NCBI GenBank assembly: GCA_010093605.1
Contig: MU004182.1
Coordinates: 1,397,032-1,461,031, forward strand
Direction of reading: 5' to 3'
Source: Lophium mytilinum
Taxonomy: Eukaryota
DNA: 64,000 nucleotides
The position numbers and the translations under genes were made by a program. Below, piece after piece: positions 39,544-52,521 of the stretch. Every line of letters begins with the position of its first letter. Within the stretch, counting starts at the first letter, position 1. The notes beneath the pieces are model-generated. The model did no database searches, had not been told where the DNA came from, and saw nothing but the letters and a program-made list of their open reading frames with translations.

Positions 39544-40681
39544 GGGGATAGGGGTGTGGAATGGGAGACGAATTTAGGGAGTAGAGGTAGTTTTTCGGTC
39601 TTGTGGGATGTGGGAGGATTGTAGAAGGAATACGCTGATGGGACTGGGGAGAGGATGGCGGATGGAGTGGAAGAGGAGGTAACATTAAAGGGATTTAAAG
39701 ATGTTGAGGAGAAGAGGGTCTGATTTATAGATACTGTTTGTGAGAGGTGGATAGTAGATCAAGGGTTGATACCGCGAGAAAACATATCGTAGAGGCGATA
39801 CTACAGAAGCAAGGTGAGGTATGAATGTATCGAACATCATCACCAGAAGCTTGCATCCGTGCCCCTTCCACCTACCTTGAAATGGTCTATTCCTTCGAAT
39901 CTGCTCTCACGACCCCTCTACATGGTCCGTGCACATACCCTTTCCGGCAAGCTGGTTACGGAAAAGTGTAGAGCGCAGAGTGACCGCAAGCCGCCTTTCT
40001 AAATAATTCGTGTAAATTCAACAACACATCTTGAGATCCTGACTTCACAGCTCATAGAAGAATAGATTGACGCGAAACTTTTTACCGTGTCAGAATTTGG
40101 AAAGAGGTGTTAGGAGTAGAGATGAAGTGGTCAGGGGGAAATGATGAGTTTGAGGCCGTTGAGTTCGATGCTACGAATAACTAGGCAACCACGTAAGACT
40201 ACAAGGAGCTTGGTAAAAAGATGGTTTGAATCATGGAATCATGGGGATTACAAAGTTGACGATTGGAGAGCGTAGAAAGTCTGAAATAAGCTGATATGCT
40301 GTGCAGTCTCCAAGAAAAGCTCTTATGGTGTGTGACAATCGGGCTCAGACCAGACGCCCCGTCAATAGCAGATTTTCTCCATGTCCACATTCATTAGTGT
40401 AAAAAAAGTCCTGATTCGGCTAAGCGGTACCGAAGATGAGGGACGAAGAAATCGTTTCTAAAGACAGATCAGGAGCAGGATTGAGATGGTATGAAGGTAT
40501 TGTTTCTCAAACGGGTTTAGGGACAAACACTTGAATGTGAAAGCCGTGATGCACCGCTAAGTGTTCAGTTATAGGAACCTTAGCTTAGTTTCCCTCGCGT
40601 TCTTAATTTCATCTTATACCGGTGCTGCATGCCTCTGTAAACCATGATATATATTACAAACGAGTCTGTGACAGAAGATCT

Positions 40682-41233
40682 TTATGCGTTGACCGGCTCA
40701 CCACGCTCGGCTTCTTCGCGCTGTTTCTGTCTTTCTTCTTCTTCTGGCGTCCGGGTCTTTAGCTGGAGAGCATGGATGCCGCCTTCCTGAGCCATCTCGT
40801 CCTTGAGTAGGGCATATACCATACGGTGTCGTGCGGGCTGCATCTTTGACTTGAAGGCCTCGGATGTTATGACGACTCTGAATGAATAACACCGTCAGTT
40901 GGGCTATCTCGCATACTGTGAAGTGATTTCTCCTACCGGAAATGTGTCTAATTTTCGTCAGTGGTGATCTAGATATCACTACTTTGGTCAGCATACCTCT
41001 CGTGACGTGCTCCCCTGCATCGCCTTATGATGGGCATGCTTATGAGAGTCGTTGTAGACCTCTAATGTTGAAGGGTTGAAAGCCTCGGAAATCTGCAAAA
41101 GGATTAGTGCCAATCCCACACTAGATATCATCCCAGGGAGTCTTTCCTTGACGCGCATAGCATCTTCCATCGGGGTCATGGATTGAGCCATGGTAGACAA
41201 CAGCCTAAAACGTGCCGCGGTTCGGGGCAGCAT
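40682..41233 (-). CDS. BolA family protein with probable mitochondrial presequence; 4 exons including an 11-nt microexon
   Basis: TPMEDAMRVK-ISEAFNPSTLEVYNDSHKHAHH...[53 protein letters not shown]. Exons 41233-41147, 41092-40997, 40947-40937 and 40877-40682. Confidence 0.85.
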
Positions 41234-41576
41234 CAAAGCTGATTTGATGGAGGTCAATCAATGACGATGAGTTGCGATGACGGGGTGACAGAGGAGGAGC
41301 GGGCCTGTCCTGTTCATCCAAATGATATTCCGAGCAAAGTCCGCCAAGCATAGTTATTCTAAACATCAACGAACTGCCCTCTTCGGCCACGACAGCACAA
41401 GAATCGGCAAGCCAACTGCTATACCAGGCAATTGAACAACCCGGCACATCACCGTCCGACCGGCACCCCATACGACGCAGTGCATTGCCAATGACGCCGG
41501 CCAGCGCAATTAGAAGCTCCCTGTAACCCCCCCGCTCGGTGACAGGCACCTCCGCAAGCTTCCCGATCAACCCATA

Positions 41577-43588
41577 ATGTGGGCGCGACGAGCTGCATGC
41601 GCCGTGCCACTGGTCAACCGCTCCCTCCTTCTTCCCCCCAACTTCCTTAAAATCTCACCTCTTATATCTTTCCAAAGAATGGCCTCCACACTCCCCAGAC
41701 TACCTGTATTCGAGGCTGTCAAGAAGCATGATCCCAATTCGACAGCTGTCGTGCACTCGCTCTCTGGCCGCTGCTTCACCTATGGCGAGCTGATGAATGA
41801 TGTTGCGGCCGCGCGGGACCGGTTGGCAAAGAAGGCAGACGGCAAGAGTACGGAGGGCGAGCGCATTGCGTTTCTTGTGGAGAATGGGTATGACTATGTA
41901 GGTACGCGCTTCCATTCTCTACTAGAGCTTGAGAATGTAATTGACGTATTGTAGTGACGCTGTTATCAATTCTCGGAAGCCATGCTATTGCGGTGCCACT
42001 TTCTCCTACTTTCCCCGCACACGAGCTGCGGTATATCCTCGACCAGAGCCAGAGCTTGATGCTGCTATCGTCGGAGAAGTTCCAGGATAAGGCGGATGAG
42101 GTGCTCAAGGAAGGGCTGGAGACGCAGCCGATCAACTATAAATCGGAGAAGATAATGACTGGGAAGACGGATGACACTGTGACGCTTGAGGACCTTAAGA
42201 GTAAACAGGGAGGCATGATGCTCTATACATCTGGGACGACAAGCAGACCGGTATTGACACCAATTGGCTGGCACGCATGTCTCATACTGAACGCGTACAG
42301 AAAGGAGTACTACTCCCAGAATCCGTGCTAACAGCCCAATCCCTCTCCCTCCTCGAAGCCTGGTCCTACACCCCCTCAGACCGCCTCCTCCACGTCCTCC
42401 CCCTCCACCACATCCATGGCACTGTCAACGCGCTCCTCACCCCTCTTTTCGCTGGCTCAAGCATCGAATTCATATTCCCCTTCAACACGCAAGCCGTTTG
42501 GGAACGCCTCGCCTCCCCATACCTCCCCGACTCCTCCAAACCAAAAGAGAAAATCACCTTTTTCACCGTCGTCCCCACAATCTACAGCCGCCTCCTCCAG
42601 TCCCACGCCTCCCTCTCCCCCGAACTCCAAGCCGCGACGAAGAAAGCGTTCTCGCCCGAGAACATGCGCGTGAACATCTCCGGCTCCGCCGCGCTACCGA
42701 CCCCCGTAAAGTCTGCGTGGAGAGAACTGAGCGATGGCAATGTGCTACTAGAACGCTACGGCATGACCGAAGTCGGCATGGCGCTCTCCTGCGGCCTCGC
42801 CTTCGAAGACCGCGTCGACGGCAGCGTCGGCTGGCCGCTGCCATCCGTAGAAGCGCGCCTCGTGGACACGGAAACCAACGAAGTCATCAAAGAAGGCGAA
42901 GAGCTCGACGCAGAGGGCCGCGAGCGGCACGGCGAGATCCAGCTCCGTGGGCCGACGGTGTTTAAGGAGTATTGGCAGAATCCGGACGCGACGGCTAGCG
43001 AGTTTACGGATGATGCGGATGGTAAGGGGCGGTGGTTTAAGACGGGCGATGTGGCGGTTAGGAGAGTGGTGGAGGGAGCGGGGAAGAGTGGCCAAGAGTG
43101 GGCGAAGGGGCCGATGTGGTTTGTTCTGGGGAGGAAGAGCGCGGATATTATTAAGACCGGGGGCGAGAAGGTTAGTGCGTTGGAGATCGAAAGGGAGATG
43201 TTGAGCCTGTAAGTCGCAACCTCTAATCTGAGATATCTTTCTAGTAGTAGCTAACGGAGTCTGCAGACCTCAAGTCGAAGAGTGCGCAGTCGTTGGCCTC
43301 CAGTCTGAAGCCTGGGGCCAGAAGGTCGCTGCTGTTGTAATGCTATCCGAGGCTGGTAAGACAGCTGGGAAAGGGGGAAAAGCATGGGGTCCGATGGACA
43401 TGAGAAGAGCGCTGAAAGAGCAGCTGGCGAATTACAAGATTCCACAGGAAATGAAGGTTGTGGAGTCTATTCCACGGAATGCCATGGGGAAAAGTGAGTA
43501 CTCCGTGCCAAGAACTGAGAGTGATGAAGACTAACGAGACACAGTCAACAAAAAGCTTCTCGTAAAGGAGCTCTGGGGCGATCAATAG
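41577..43588 (+). CDS. AMP-dependent acyl-CoA synthetase (ACSF3/malonyl-CoA synthetase-like), 5 exons
   Basis: YTSGTTSRPKG, LPLHHIHG, SGSAAL, ERYGMTE, WFKTGD, GRKSADIIKTGGEKVSALEIE, PRNAMGKVNKK. Confidence 0.9.
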
Positions 43589-43711
43589 ATCTGCATGAGA
43601 GTCTAGAGGTGTATATTAGATATGTACCAGTACAACGGGCTCAGCGAGTGTCTTTAGATAGACTAGACTACATTATATACATTCGCAGCACATCCCACCA
43701 CTACTTCTAAC

Positions 43712-45441
43712 CTACCTGGTCCGGCCTGGAAACGGGTAGAACAGCAAAGTTCCCTGCCCCATCATCACCCGTACGAGCGCACCTGGCAGCATCACAACGG
43801 ACGCCAATTTCATTGCCGCCCCATTCCACCCATGCCTCGCCATCCACAGCGGACCTCTCCGTAGCAAACTAACCAGCCCTAGCCCTACTACACCGCCCAC
43901 CGCCAAGTTTATCACTCTTGAGATTATTTTCCCCTGCCTCTGCGTCGCCTTCTCCACCTCGGAGTACCGCATATTCCCAAAACTGACCCGCGAATACTGC
44001 GTCGCCCACCCCAACGCCGGCACCCACTGATCCAGCTTCTCCTCCACAAACTTCCTTAGCCGGTAGAGCGGCGAGACGACGTCGTGGCTCATCTCTTTGT
44101 AATTTCGCAGCGCGAGGTCGTTAATCGCCGCCGCGTCGGTAGTGCGCTGAGCACTGTACGCCTCCAACGCCGCCTCCCTCGCCGCGGCAGGGGAGTCGGC
44201 GTAATCGGACGCAGGGTGTGCGTCTAGGAAGTCGAATAGCACGCGCACGTCCTCGAGACCGGCGTTCATGCCCTGCCCGTAAAACGGCACCATAGCGTGG
44301 GCGGCATCGCCGAGGATGACGGCGCTGGCGGCGAAGTGGTGGGGGCTGCATTTGATCGAGATGAGGGGCAGGTGGGGGTTCTGCTTGTACTGCTTCAGCA
44401 GCTCGGGTTCGGAGATGAGGTCGGGGACTACGCCGGGGAAGTTTTTGGTGAAGAAGGGGATGAGGGATTCCGGGGCGGCGTCGAGGGAGGCGAAGAGTGA
44501 GGCGGGGAGGAAGAGGGTGCTTGTAAAGGTTTTGTCGAGGGATGGAATGGCGATGAACATGAAGGAGCCGCCCGGCCAGATGTGCAGGTAGTTTGAGGGG
44601 AGCTTGAAGGTGTTAGTAGGCGAGGGCGGGATTTGGAACTCGCACCACAGCGTGTCGATGTATTCTTGCGAGTAGGCCATGCGGGCGTACTTCATGAGGT
44701 GGTAGCGCACGGCGGAGTGGGCGCCGTCTGCGCCGATCATGAAGTCGAAGTGGACTTCTTTCTCGCTGGAGGATGAGGAGGAGGAGGAGTGGTCGGAGAA
44801 CCAGGCGAGATTGCGGCGGAAGTCGGCGCCGATAAGCTTGTGATTGAAGTGGAGGGTCACATTGGGCATTTCTTCGAGCGAGTCGAGGAGCGTTTTGTTA
44901 AGGCCGCCTCGGTCGACGGCCCGTTGGAACTAGGGGGGTAAGAGTCTGGAAGGGAATGGGGGCTGGACGCGTGGCTCACCCTGCCGTGGACATCGTAGAG
45001 TTGAGCTTCATCGAAGAGCTTGCCCTGCTTCTCGCCGTGGATCATGCGGCCGTACATGGGGATGGTTTCTTTGAACACGGCGTCGAGGAGGGCCGGACTG
45101 CTGGCGTGTCGCATGGCGTTTATGCCGCGTTCAGATAAGGCAAGATTGATAGACTTGGTAAAGTTTAGGGGGGTAGTGGACGGGTCCCGGAGATCTTGCT
45201 AGGTCAGACTGTGACCTTTTGACCTGTTGAGAAAGGAGATGATGGTGTTCATTACGAGACGACACAATGAAAGAATTCGACATGAACTGAGAGAATCTTA
45301 AGGGAAGAAGCGATGTCACCAACCTCCTCTAAGCTCGTATAATTCGACTTTATCGCCTCTGCTTGCAGCGTAGAGAGCAGCTAAAGATCCCACCGGGCCG
45401 GCACCGACGACCACAGTCCTCTGTCCTAACGGAGCTGCCAT
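43712..45441 (-). CDS. BNA4: Kynurenine 3-monooxygenase
   Basis: [78 protein letters not shown]-terminal hydrophobic anchor. Confidence 0.92.
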
Positions 45442-45863
45442 CGCGATAGTGCCTTTACTTCGGGACTAGGACTGTAGACTGTGAACTGTCACCGCCAATA
45501 CGTGGTGATGGAATCATATATAGACAAAGTGACGAGGTGCTTTTGATCCGCGGCCGGTGACCACTTGTGTAGGTGCTTAGGAGTCCCCCAGCAGATGGTA
45601 CAGTTGAGAGAAAGACGGGTATGTCAAGAAAAGCCGAGAGAATGTAATGCAATGATCATAAAGCAAATTGTGTAGGAGGGGCGTCGATGACCACACCAGC
45701 TGGCGAAGTCACATGAGCGGAGTGTTTAGCGCGTTCGCGCGTTCTTCAACTGTTACGCCGGGCTTTTACGAACCAAAACACCATGGGATAGGTTTCGTGA
45801 AATCTCTCCCCCATCAAACAGAGGAACGGAGGCGCCTCCCAATATTGTCACCACAGGCGCGCG

Positions 45864-47821
45864 ATGATGCGCCCCAGGCTCATCGGAGCTTCGCAATGGG
45901 CTGCATCTTTACGACTCCAGCGTCGATGGCGTTACAGAGAGGCTATGTCACTGGAACCTCCAAAATCGGCCGATGAAACGAAAGCGGAGGCCCGGAAAAG
46001 GTATCCCATTATAGTAGAACTAGAAGCAAAAGCAAAAGCTACCGCCAGAAAAATGGACCAAGCACGCTATACGCCTAAGAAAATGGATATCGTAAGTCCT
46101 GAGCTATGTGGTATGTTCTGCCAGAGCCCTCTGGAGATATCTCGAATATCCCAGCTAACATCAATACTCCTCTAGACGACGTTCTCTCCTACGTTGGACA
46201 CACGCTTCAGAAGCACAGGAATTGTGATATCCTCGACCTGAGCCCAGGCGCAGGCGTCTGGTCTTCTAAGCTCCATGAATATCTCAAGCCACGCACCCAC
46301 ATACTAGTAGAACCACACGCCGCGGCGTACAAAAACCAGTTGGGCCCGCTGTTGGAGCAAAAGGGATCCACGTACAAATTAGTTGAGAAAGATCCACACA
46401 AGCCCGCTACGTACGAGGAACTTGTCAATGAGGGCCATTTCCCTCACCAAACGAGATACGACGCAGACGATCCCCGACTAGCTGAGCAGAACAACACACT
46501 GTTGATAACTGGTTGCCTTACTTTCACCAACGCAAACTCTCGCAATGGATCCACTTCATTCGATCGCCGGATCTTGCAGAATCTCTTGTGGAATGCTTGG
46601 GACCAGAAATTGGCTCACGTATACGGAAAGGTGCGGATGCTTGTGTGGATTAAGGACCACGATGTATCTGGATTCATTACGAAGAGCGTATCGCACAAAG
46701 GTACTGATCCCCACGCTACCCGCCTGCTATTTGATATTCGCCAGGTAGTCGCAGCAAGGCCCGGAAAAAATGCTGTGGGACGAACGACTCGGGATGTGCG
46801 ATACATGTTACAAAGCGCGGCGAGGACCGTCAAGTCAATGCGAGAACTCGGCCTCAGCATTCCACCTCATCGCCAGAGCGTTCTACACAAACTTGCTATC
46901 GAGATAGTCGATAGGGGCGTAGAAAACGATGACTTGGGAAACGATGGCTCTTTACAGCTCGTAGATGAAGCCCTACACAGAGGCTTGGGGGTTGAAGGCC
47001 TCTTGACTGAAGAGCGCATAGACTTTGTTCTAGGGGAAATTGCAATTGCGAATGACCCATCAATCGAATACATTTCGGCCCCTACAGGCCAAAACAAGAC
47101 TGGCCAGCCTACCCCCAGAATTAAGATGTCAAAATGGGGTCGAATGCATGGCTATAACAAGGCGCACCAGAAATATTATGTCAATTTACGACGGGATCGA
47201 TGCAAACAGGTCGATCTAGGCATGGAGATATTCGACTTTGAGTGTAAGCTCATGGTGACTCACGATGAAATTGAGAAACAGAAGATACAAGCAAAACTTT
47301 CCAGCCTTAACGAGGAGTTTCTAGAAGCGGCGGAACAGTCAATTCCATCTCTACGGCCTTATGTTCCTATCGATCTAGACGAACGTCTCGCTCTGAATTC
47401 TAGAGTACTGCCCTTGCATTGGGATCGACGACGATATGAGCCCTTGGAGCATCGCTCCGATGAAGTCTGGCCTGCCGGGAAAGTATCTCTCGTCGACTTC
47501 GAACCGGAATTCATTCCGCAGAACGAAAAGCTCCCGGGTGAATTCGTGGAGTACCTCAGATTCGTGAAAGAATTGCAGAACGGCTATAAGAACACAGTTC
47601 CTCAGGCGCTTGAGGTAGTCGATTCTGGAGCTTCACAGCTTGTCGACAGCGTCCCCGAGGTGTTCGACCCTGCGAAGGGTGGGCGGCCAGACTTGAATAA
47701 TTTTCGAGCACGCTTGCTTTCCATGGAAATGATCACTGCGCTTTACAAGGCATATATGGAATGGCCGTTTAGATCGCCGAACCTACAGAGCAAAGTTGGC
47801 CGGAATAGGAAGAGGATTTGA
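45864..47821 (+). CDS. MTF1: Mitochondrial transcription factor Mtf1-like (rRNA adenine dimethylase fold), 2 exons
   Basis: Presequence-like N-terminus, then DIVSPELC-DDVLSY...CDILDLSPGAGVWSSKLHEYLKPRTHILVEP, NNTLLITG, YGKVRMLVW, EWPF. Intron ~46111-46176. Confidence 0.72.
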
Positions 47822-48211
47822 ACAAGTCGAAAAGAAACTTTTTCAGAAGCAATTCTCTATTATATTATCCTGTAATCATATATTTACTGTTACGCATAGG
47901 TTGCATTAGAAGTTCAAATGCACGGGTAGTCGCCTTGCGGCTGTTTCAAATGGAAATGATAGGGAGCCTTGACATTTGACGAGTCACATGCGCTTCTATG
48001 AAATACATGTTCTTTCAATACGATACAACATTGTACATGGAAAACTGATACATGCATCGGCACTGATTAGCTTGATCTTCCGGAACTTCCAAGCAGGCTG
48101 GGGGGCTAGATATTTCTTCGTATCGTACCCTTACGAGGCGTACTTTTGTACCAGAGCCGTCAAATTCGTCTTCCAGCAGGTCCCCCCGAGGACGGAATCG
48201 CACTCAGGGGT

Positions 48212-48782
48212 CTAGACTTTTCCGCCTTTACCATTTCCACTGGGCACACCAGGCTCCTTCGCAACCTTGACTTCTGGCTTCTTCTCTGCGTCTCTCGAAT
48301 AACCGCTTATGAGGTCCATTAAGCTGTCCGCTCGCTGGTCCTCAGGCTGACCTTCTGGCGTCTCAGTCGACTGCGGGATGAATTAGCCTGGGTAAACCTG
48401 AACAAGCACTGCCGCAATCAGCGACAATAGGATGGCCTACCTCATCCGGAACCTCAGCATCCCAGCCGCGCCCAAACTTTGCGCGGAAGGCCTTCAAGCG
48501 CCCCGCCTCATCCTCCTCAATGTTCAGCAACTTTTGAGAGCTCGGGTTCCATAGTGGTGTGTTCCGCACGTCTTTTGTAGACTTGTAGATAGGAATTGGG
48601 TTCGTGGTGCGGTGGACGAAGGAGGAGCCGTCGGATAGGGTCACCAGCTGGGTGAAGGTGTAGGGTCGTTTGGGGCGGCGCAGCAGCGAGGCATGGCGGA
48701 TTTGTGTCTGGCAGTGAGATTTGGGGTTTATAGAGTTCCGTAGCACGCGTAGAGCGCCGGGCGAGGGTATCGGCGAGGCCAT
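48212..48782 (-). CDS. MRPL36: Mitochondrial ribosomal protein bL31m (YmL36-like), 2 exons
   Basis: RHASLLRRPKRPYTFTQLVTLSDGSSF...TKDVRNTPLWNPSS...EEDEAGRLKAFRAKFG. Intron ~48440-48371, then ...SLMDLISG.... Confidence 0.85.
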
Positions 48783-48998
48783 TGGGGTGGTGGTGCTGCT
48801 TTGAAGGGCCTACGAGCTTTTCGGAGGTCTTCCTAAGCTCCGGCGAACGGAGAGTTCCCTTGGCAGGCCCTCTCAACCACGAGCCCTTCGTCTTGATACA
48901 GAGACACGACTGCAGACCTCGCTGCATAATACACCATCGTGGATAAGCCCGATTCCGTGCTCGACATGCCCTGGAAACATTGAAAGAGGACTGGCTAG

Positions 48999-51499
48999 AT
49001 GTCCACCCGCGCCGTGGCTGCGCGCCGCTTTTTCACAGCCTTCTATCAGTGGAACAATACATGGCGTATGATCCACGTCTTTTAGCAGCGGGCTTCAGCT
49101 AACATGAGCTAGGGAAATCTCCAGCCTCGAGAGCACCCAGGGCCTGTGGCCAGCGGAGCCCATCCCGACGAACGGTCCGGGCCTTCTCTTCATCATGCCC
49201 AACAGCTGAAGAGCGTCAAGACGCAATTGAGAACCAACATGCAACCCCTCAGCCCCACTTTCGGGGAGTCAGATTAGTGACGGAGAGGACGAAGATGACG
49301 GAAACAGCTCCCACGTCGAGCGTAGAACCAGCAGATCCATTACGGCTGCGCTCTCTCATGCGACAAGTACCACAATCGGTTGTAGTCATCACATCGAATT
49401 TCTGGGACCCCGAAAAATGCAAAGTCATAAGCCAGGGCATGACTGTCTCGTCATTCAATACCGTTCAGATGGAACCCAGGCCTATGATAAGCTTCAATGT
49501 TCGCCTTCCCTCGAAGACCTATCACGCCATCAAGAGACCGCGTACTCCGAACCAGTTCAATGTTCACATACTAAAGAACGACCCGGATGGAGCACGCATT
49601 GCCGACTCTTTTACAAGAGGTAATGACCAGCATCCATTCGATCTTCTGGAAGAAGCGGGCGTCTCCGTCGAGTGTGCTTCCGGGGACGTCCCGGAAATCA
49701 ATCACGAGTCTGTGATTGCTGTTCTATCGTGTTCACTGGAACGTGGTCAACATGCAAGAATCTTCCTCGACGATCATCTGGTAGTCGTAGCAGAAGTTAA
49801 ATCGATACGGCACCGAGATGTCGATCAGACGGGGCTAATATATGTAAATCGCGCGTATGCAATCACGGCACTAGATCAGAAGAAAGCATCCCCTCCGAAA
49901 ACACTGCAAGAGGAGGACAAGAAGGAAGCATCTCGTCCAAGATCACAACAAAACAGAGAGAATAGATTGCGCTGCGTAGAGCAAGCGAAGGAAAAGTGGA
50001 ACTATTACCAGCTATCAACTATTCCAAACCTGGAAGAAAGAAGCCTCATACGAGACCGTATCCGTGAGTTTGTGGATGAATGCCCCGAGCTTTTAAGCTT
50101 CCGCCCCTCCCGGGCTGCTCGCATCATCACAGAAGGCTTTCAGCTGCCAGCAGCATGCGGCGTCAATGTTCCCCTTGTCTTGCATAAGAGAGGCTCGGAA
50201 CTGGGATCGCTGCAACCAGAAAATAAGGATTGGCAGAGCTGGCAGGGATACCTTGGAAATGACTTAGAGATGTACGATTTCTATGGTACCGTTAGCGCCG
50301 ATGCGGTTCCAATCGTTGCAGAGCGAGTGTGTCGGCTTTTTAAGAACGATCCCAATGCTTCCGGTTACCCAAGAGCGCATGTTCTGGAACTTTGCGGTGC
50401 TCACCGGAATACCGAAGGCCTGCCTAGTAGGAACTTGCTGACACTAGCGAGAGACGCAGGCCTTGTTCCGACATCGCGTACAGAACAGGAGCTCAATTTA
50501 GAAAAGGTTGTGACGCTGGAGCTTTCGGAAAGACTCGAGGAGATTATGCGGCAAAGTCTTAGTGATTTATCACCGGAGAAATCAAAACAGCTCAATGAAC
50601 ATACCATTCTAGAGAAAATTCCCCAACTTGGTCCAAGATATCACAGCCGAGCACGCCTCGCGGAGCTTAAGAAGTCCATGATCCGTGAGGATCTATTGGA
50701 GAGCTTGCCCCGAGCAGATTTCGACTTCTACGGACCCATCACATCAGAACAACGCCCTCTTCTCCTAGAACGACTCCTAAACGCCGTGTTAGAAGATGCA
50801 CAGCTCCAGAAGGCCCAACAGGAGAATACCACTGACAAGCTGATTCGCCACAAGATCCATCCAGGCATCACAGGTTTCGATTACCAGTTCGTTCTTCAAA
50901 AGTTCTCCTCCACAGACGAAAAGCACCTCCGAGCCGAAGTGGAGGCTTTCAGGGCGAACCAGCTGAAAGCGTGGGAACGTGAGGCAGAAGAAAATTGGGT
51001 CTTCCACGGACACTTGACCCCGGAAAAGACAGAGGAGCTTTTCAAAAGCGTCCAGGCCTACGTGGGTAAAGACCCTTCTAAGGCTGCAGAGCTTGGCGTT
51101 GGTGGTGTTTTACGCGCTATCGGCGTCCAACCTAACGCGGCTACAACCTACAAGAGCGAAGTGATGCTCGCTAAAGACAACTCATTTATTAAAGCGTGTA
51201 TCGAAAGCCATCAACCCGAATCAATACCGGCGCCATCAGGACTGGGCGAGTCGGAATCCAAAAAGACTAGCTCGACGCTCGGAGACCTGGCTAGGTACAA
51301 GGATGATTCGGACGGGGTAATGGAGGGTGAAAGTTTCATGAAGTACATGACTGAAGATGCGCAAAGCGAGCGCGGAACAGAAGACATGCGCAGCGAAGAG
51401 GCAGACGGCCAAGAGGCGGTTAGTAAGGCGCCGCATGAAACGGTAGAGACGGATACTGCTCGAGAGAAGACCGTGGATGATGAGCCGACGCGATCTTGA
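48999..51499 (+). CDS. Flavin reductase-like domain protein with presequence-like N-terminus and long C-terminal extension, 2 exons
   Basis: Exon 1 (48999-49065, MSTRAVAARRFFTAFYQWNNTW) splices via GTATGA...GCTAAC...CTAG in frame into the 740-aa ORF. Motifs LRSLMRQVPQSVVVIT, GMTVSSFNTV, SFNV, DHLVVVAEV, LIYVNRAY. Confidence 0.8.
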
Positions 51500-51889
51500 C
51501 GACGCGACCGTTTGACAAGAAGCATAATAGAGGAGACTTCAAGGATCTTTCATTCGGCGAGTTGTAAAGTGTTGTCATCATTGACGTCCATGGCAGTCAT
51601 GACCACCATTTCGAGTGTAGATTTACTGTAACATATCATGGGGGGTCTTTTGAAGACGGCCCTCGACACGAAGATGCTTTGGGCGTTTACAGCATCCCTT
51701 GAATTATATTCGCACGCTTTTCTGTTGTTGATTGCAGAGTTCTCAATGTACCACTGAAAAATTAACGTGTCAGTTTGTGTACTACTACTATCTCACGAGT
51801 GCAGAGCTACCGTCTTTAGTAGATCACTATGATGCACAGTAGAGCAGAATGACAGCGTATCGTAATCTAAGCGCAAAGAACGAGCAATC

Positions 51890-52335
51890 TGTGCATATAG
51901 GTATATATAGAAGACACCCCTGAGTATATTATAAGAGAGCGATTACGGATGTAAAGAGCACGAGCCTGTAAATTAGAGTAGGCTTATAGAGATAGACAAT
52001 ATTAGTCTTGAAAGAAAATATCCTGATTCAAGGTAAGAAACATAGAGCACTGCAGGTACGGGTATACATTTAAAACACCCCAGGAGGTATTATGAAAGAG
52101 AGATTTCAAACTTAGAGCGCGCGAGCCTGTACATTAGACTCGGCTGATAGAATTAGAGAATTGTGGTTCCAGTTAGAGAATTGTGGTTCCAGTTAGAGAA
52201 TTGTGGTTCCAATTAGAGAACTTCAAGATTTAGGTGCAGAGAAGCAGACTACTGCGAGTATATGTATACTTCTAAGATACCTCAGGAGGCATGATACAAG
52301 AGATCAAGAATGTAAAGAACGCGAGACCTCGAATT
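51890..52335. repeat. Degenerate ~170-190 bp repeats with an embedded 20-bp tandem repeat (TTAGAGAATTGTGGTTCCAG x3.5 at 52151-52220)
   Basis: GCACGAGCCTGTAAATTAGA at ~51958, GCGCGAGCCTGTACATTAGA at ~52119, ACGCGAGACCTCGAATTA at ~52319. The 20-mer copies are near-perfect. Confidence 0.8.
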
Positions 52336-52521
52336 ATGGTGATAAGGGTATCATTTGGCGTTGTGGCTTGATACTATGAAAGATGGCCTGCCCGATCCTA
52401 CCGACTTTCCAAAAACTCCACCCGCATGCTGACCTTTTGCCTACCTTAACACCTGCATGGATATCTGTTGAGAAGAGGAGCAATGTTGCAAAAGCACAAA
52501 ATTCAGCCCTCAAGAACCTGA

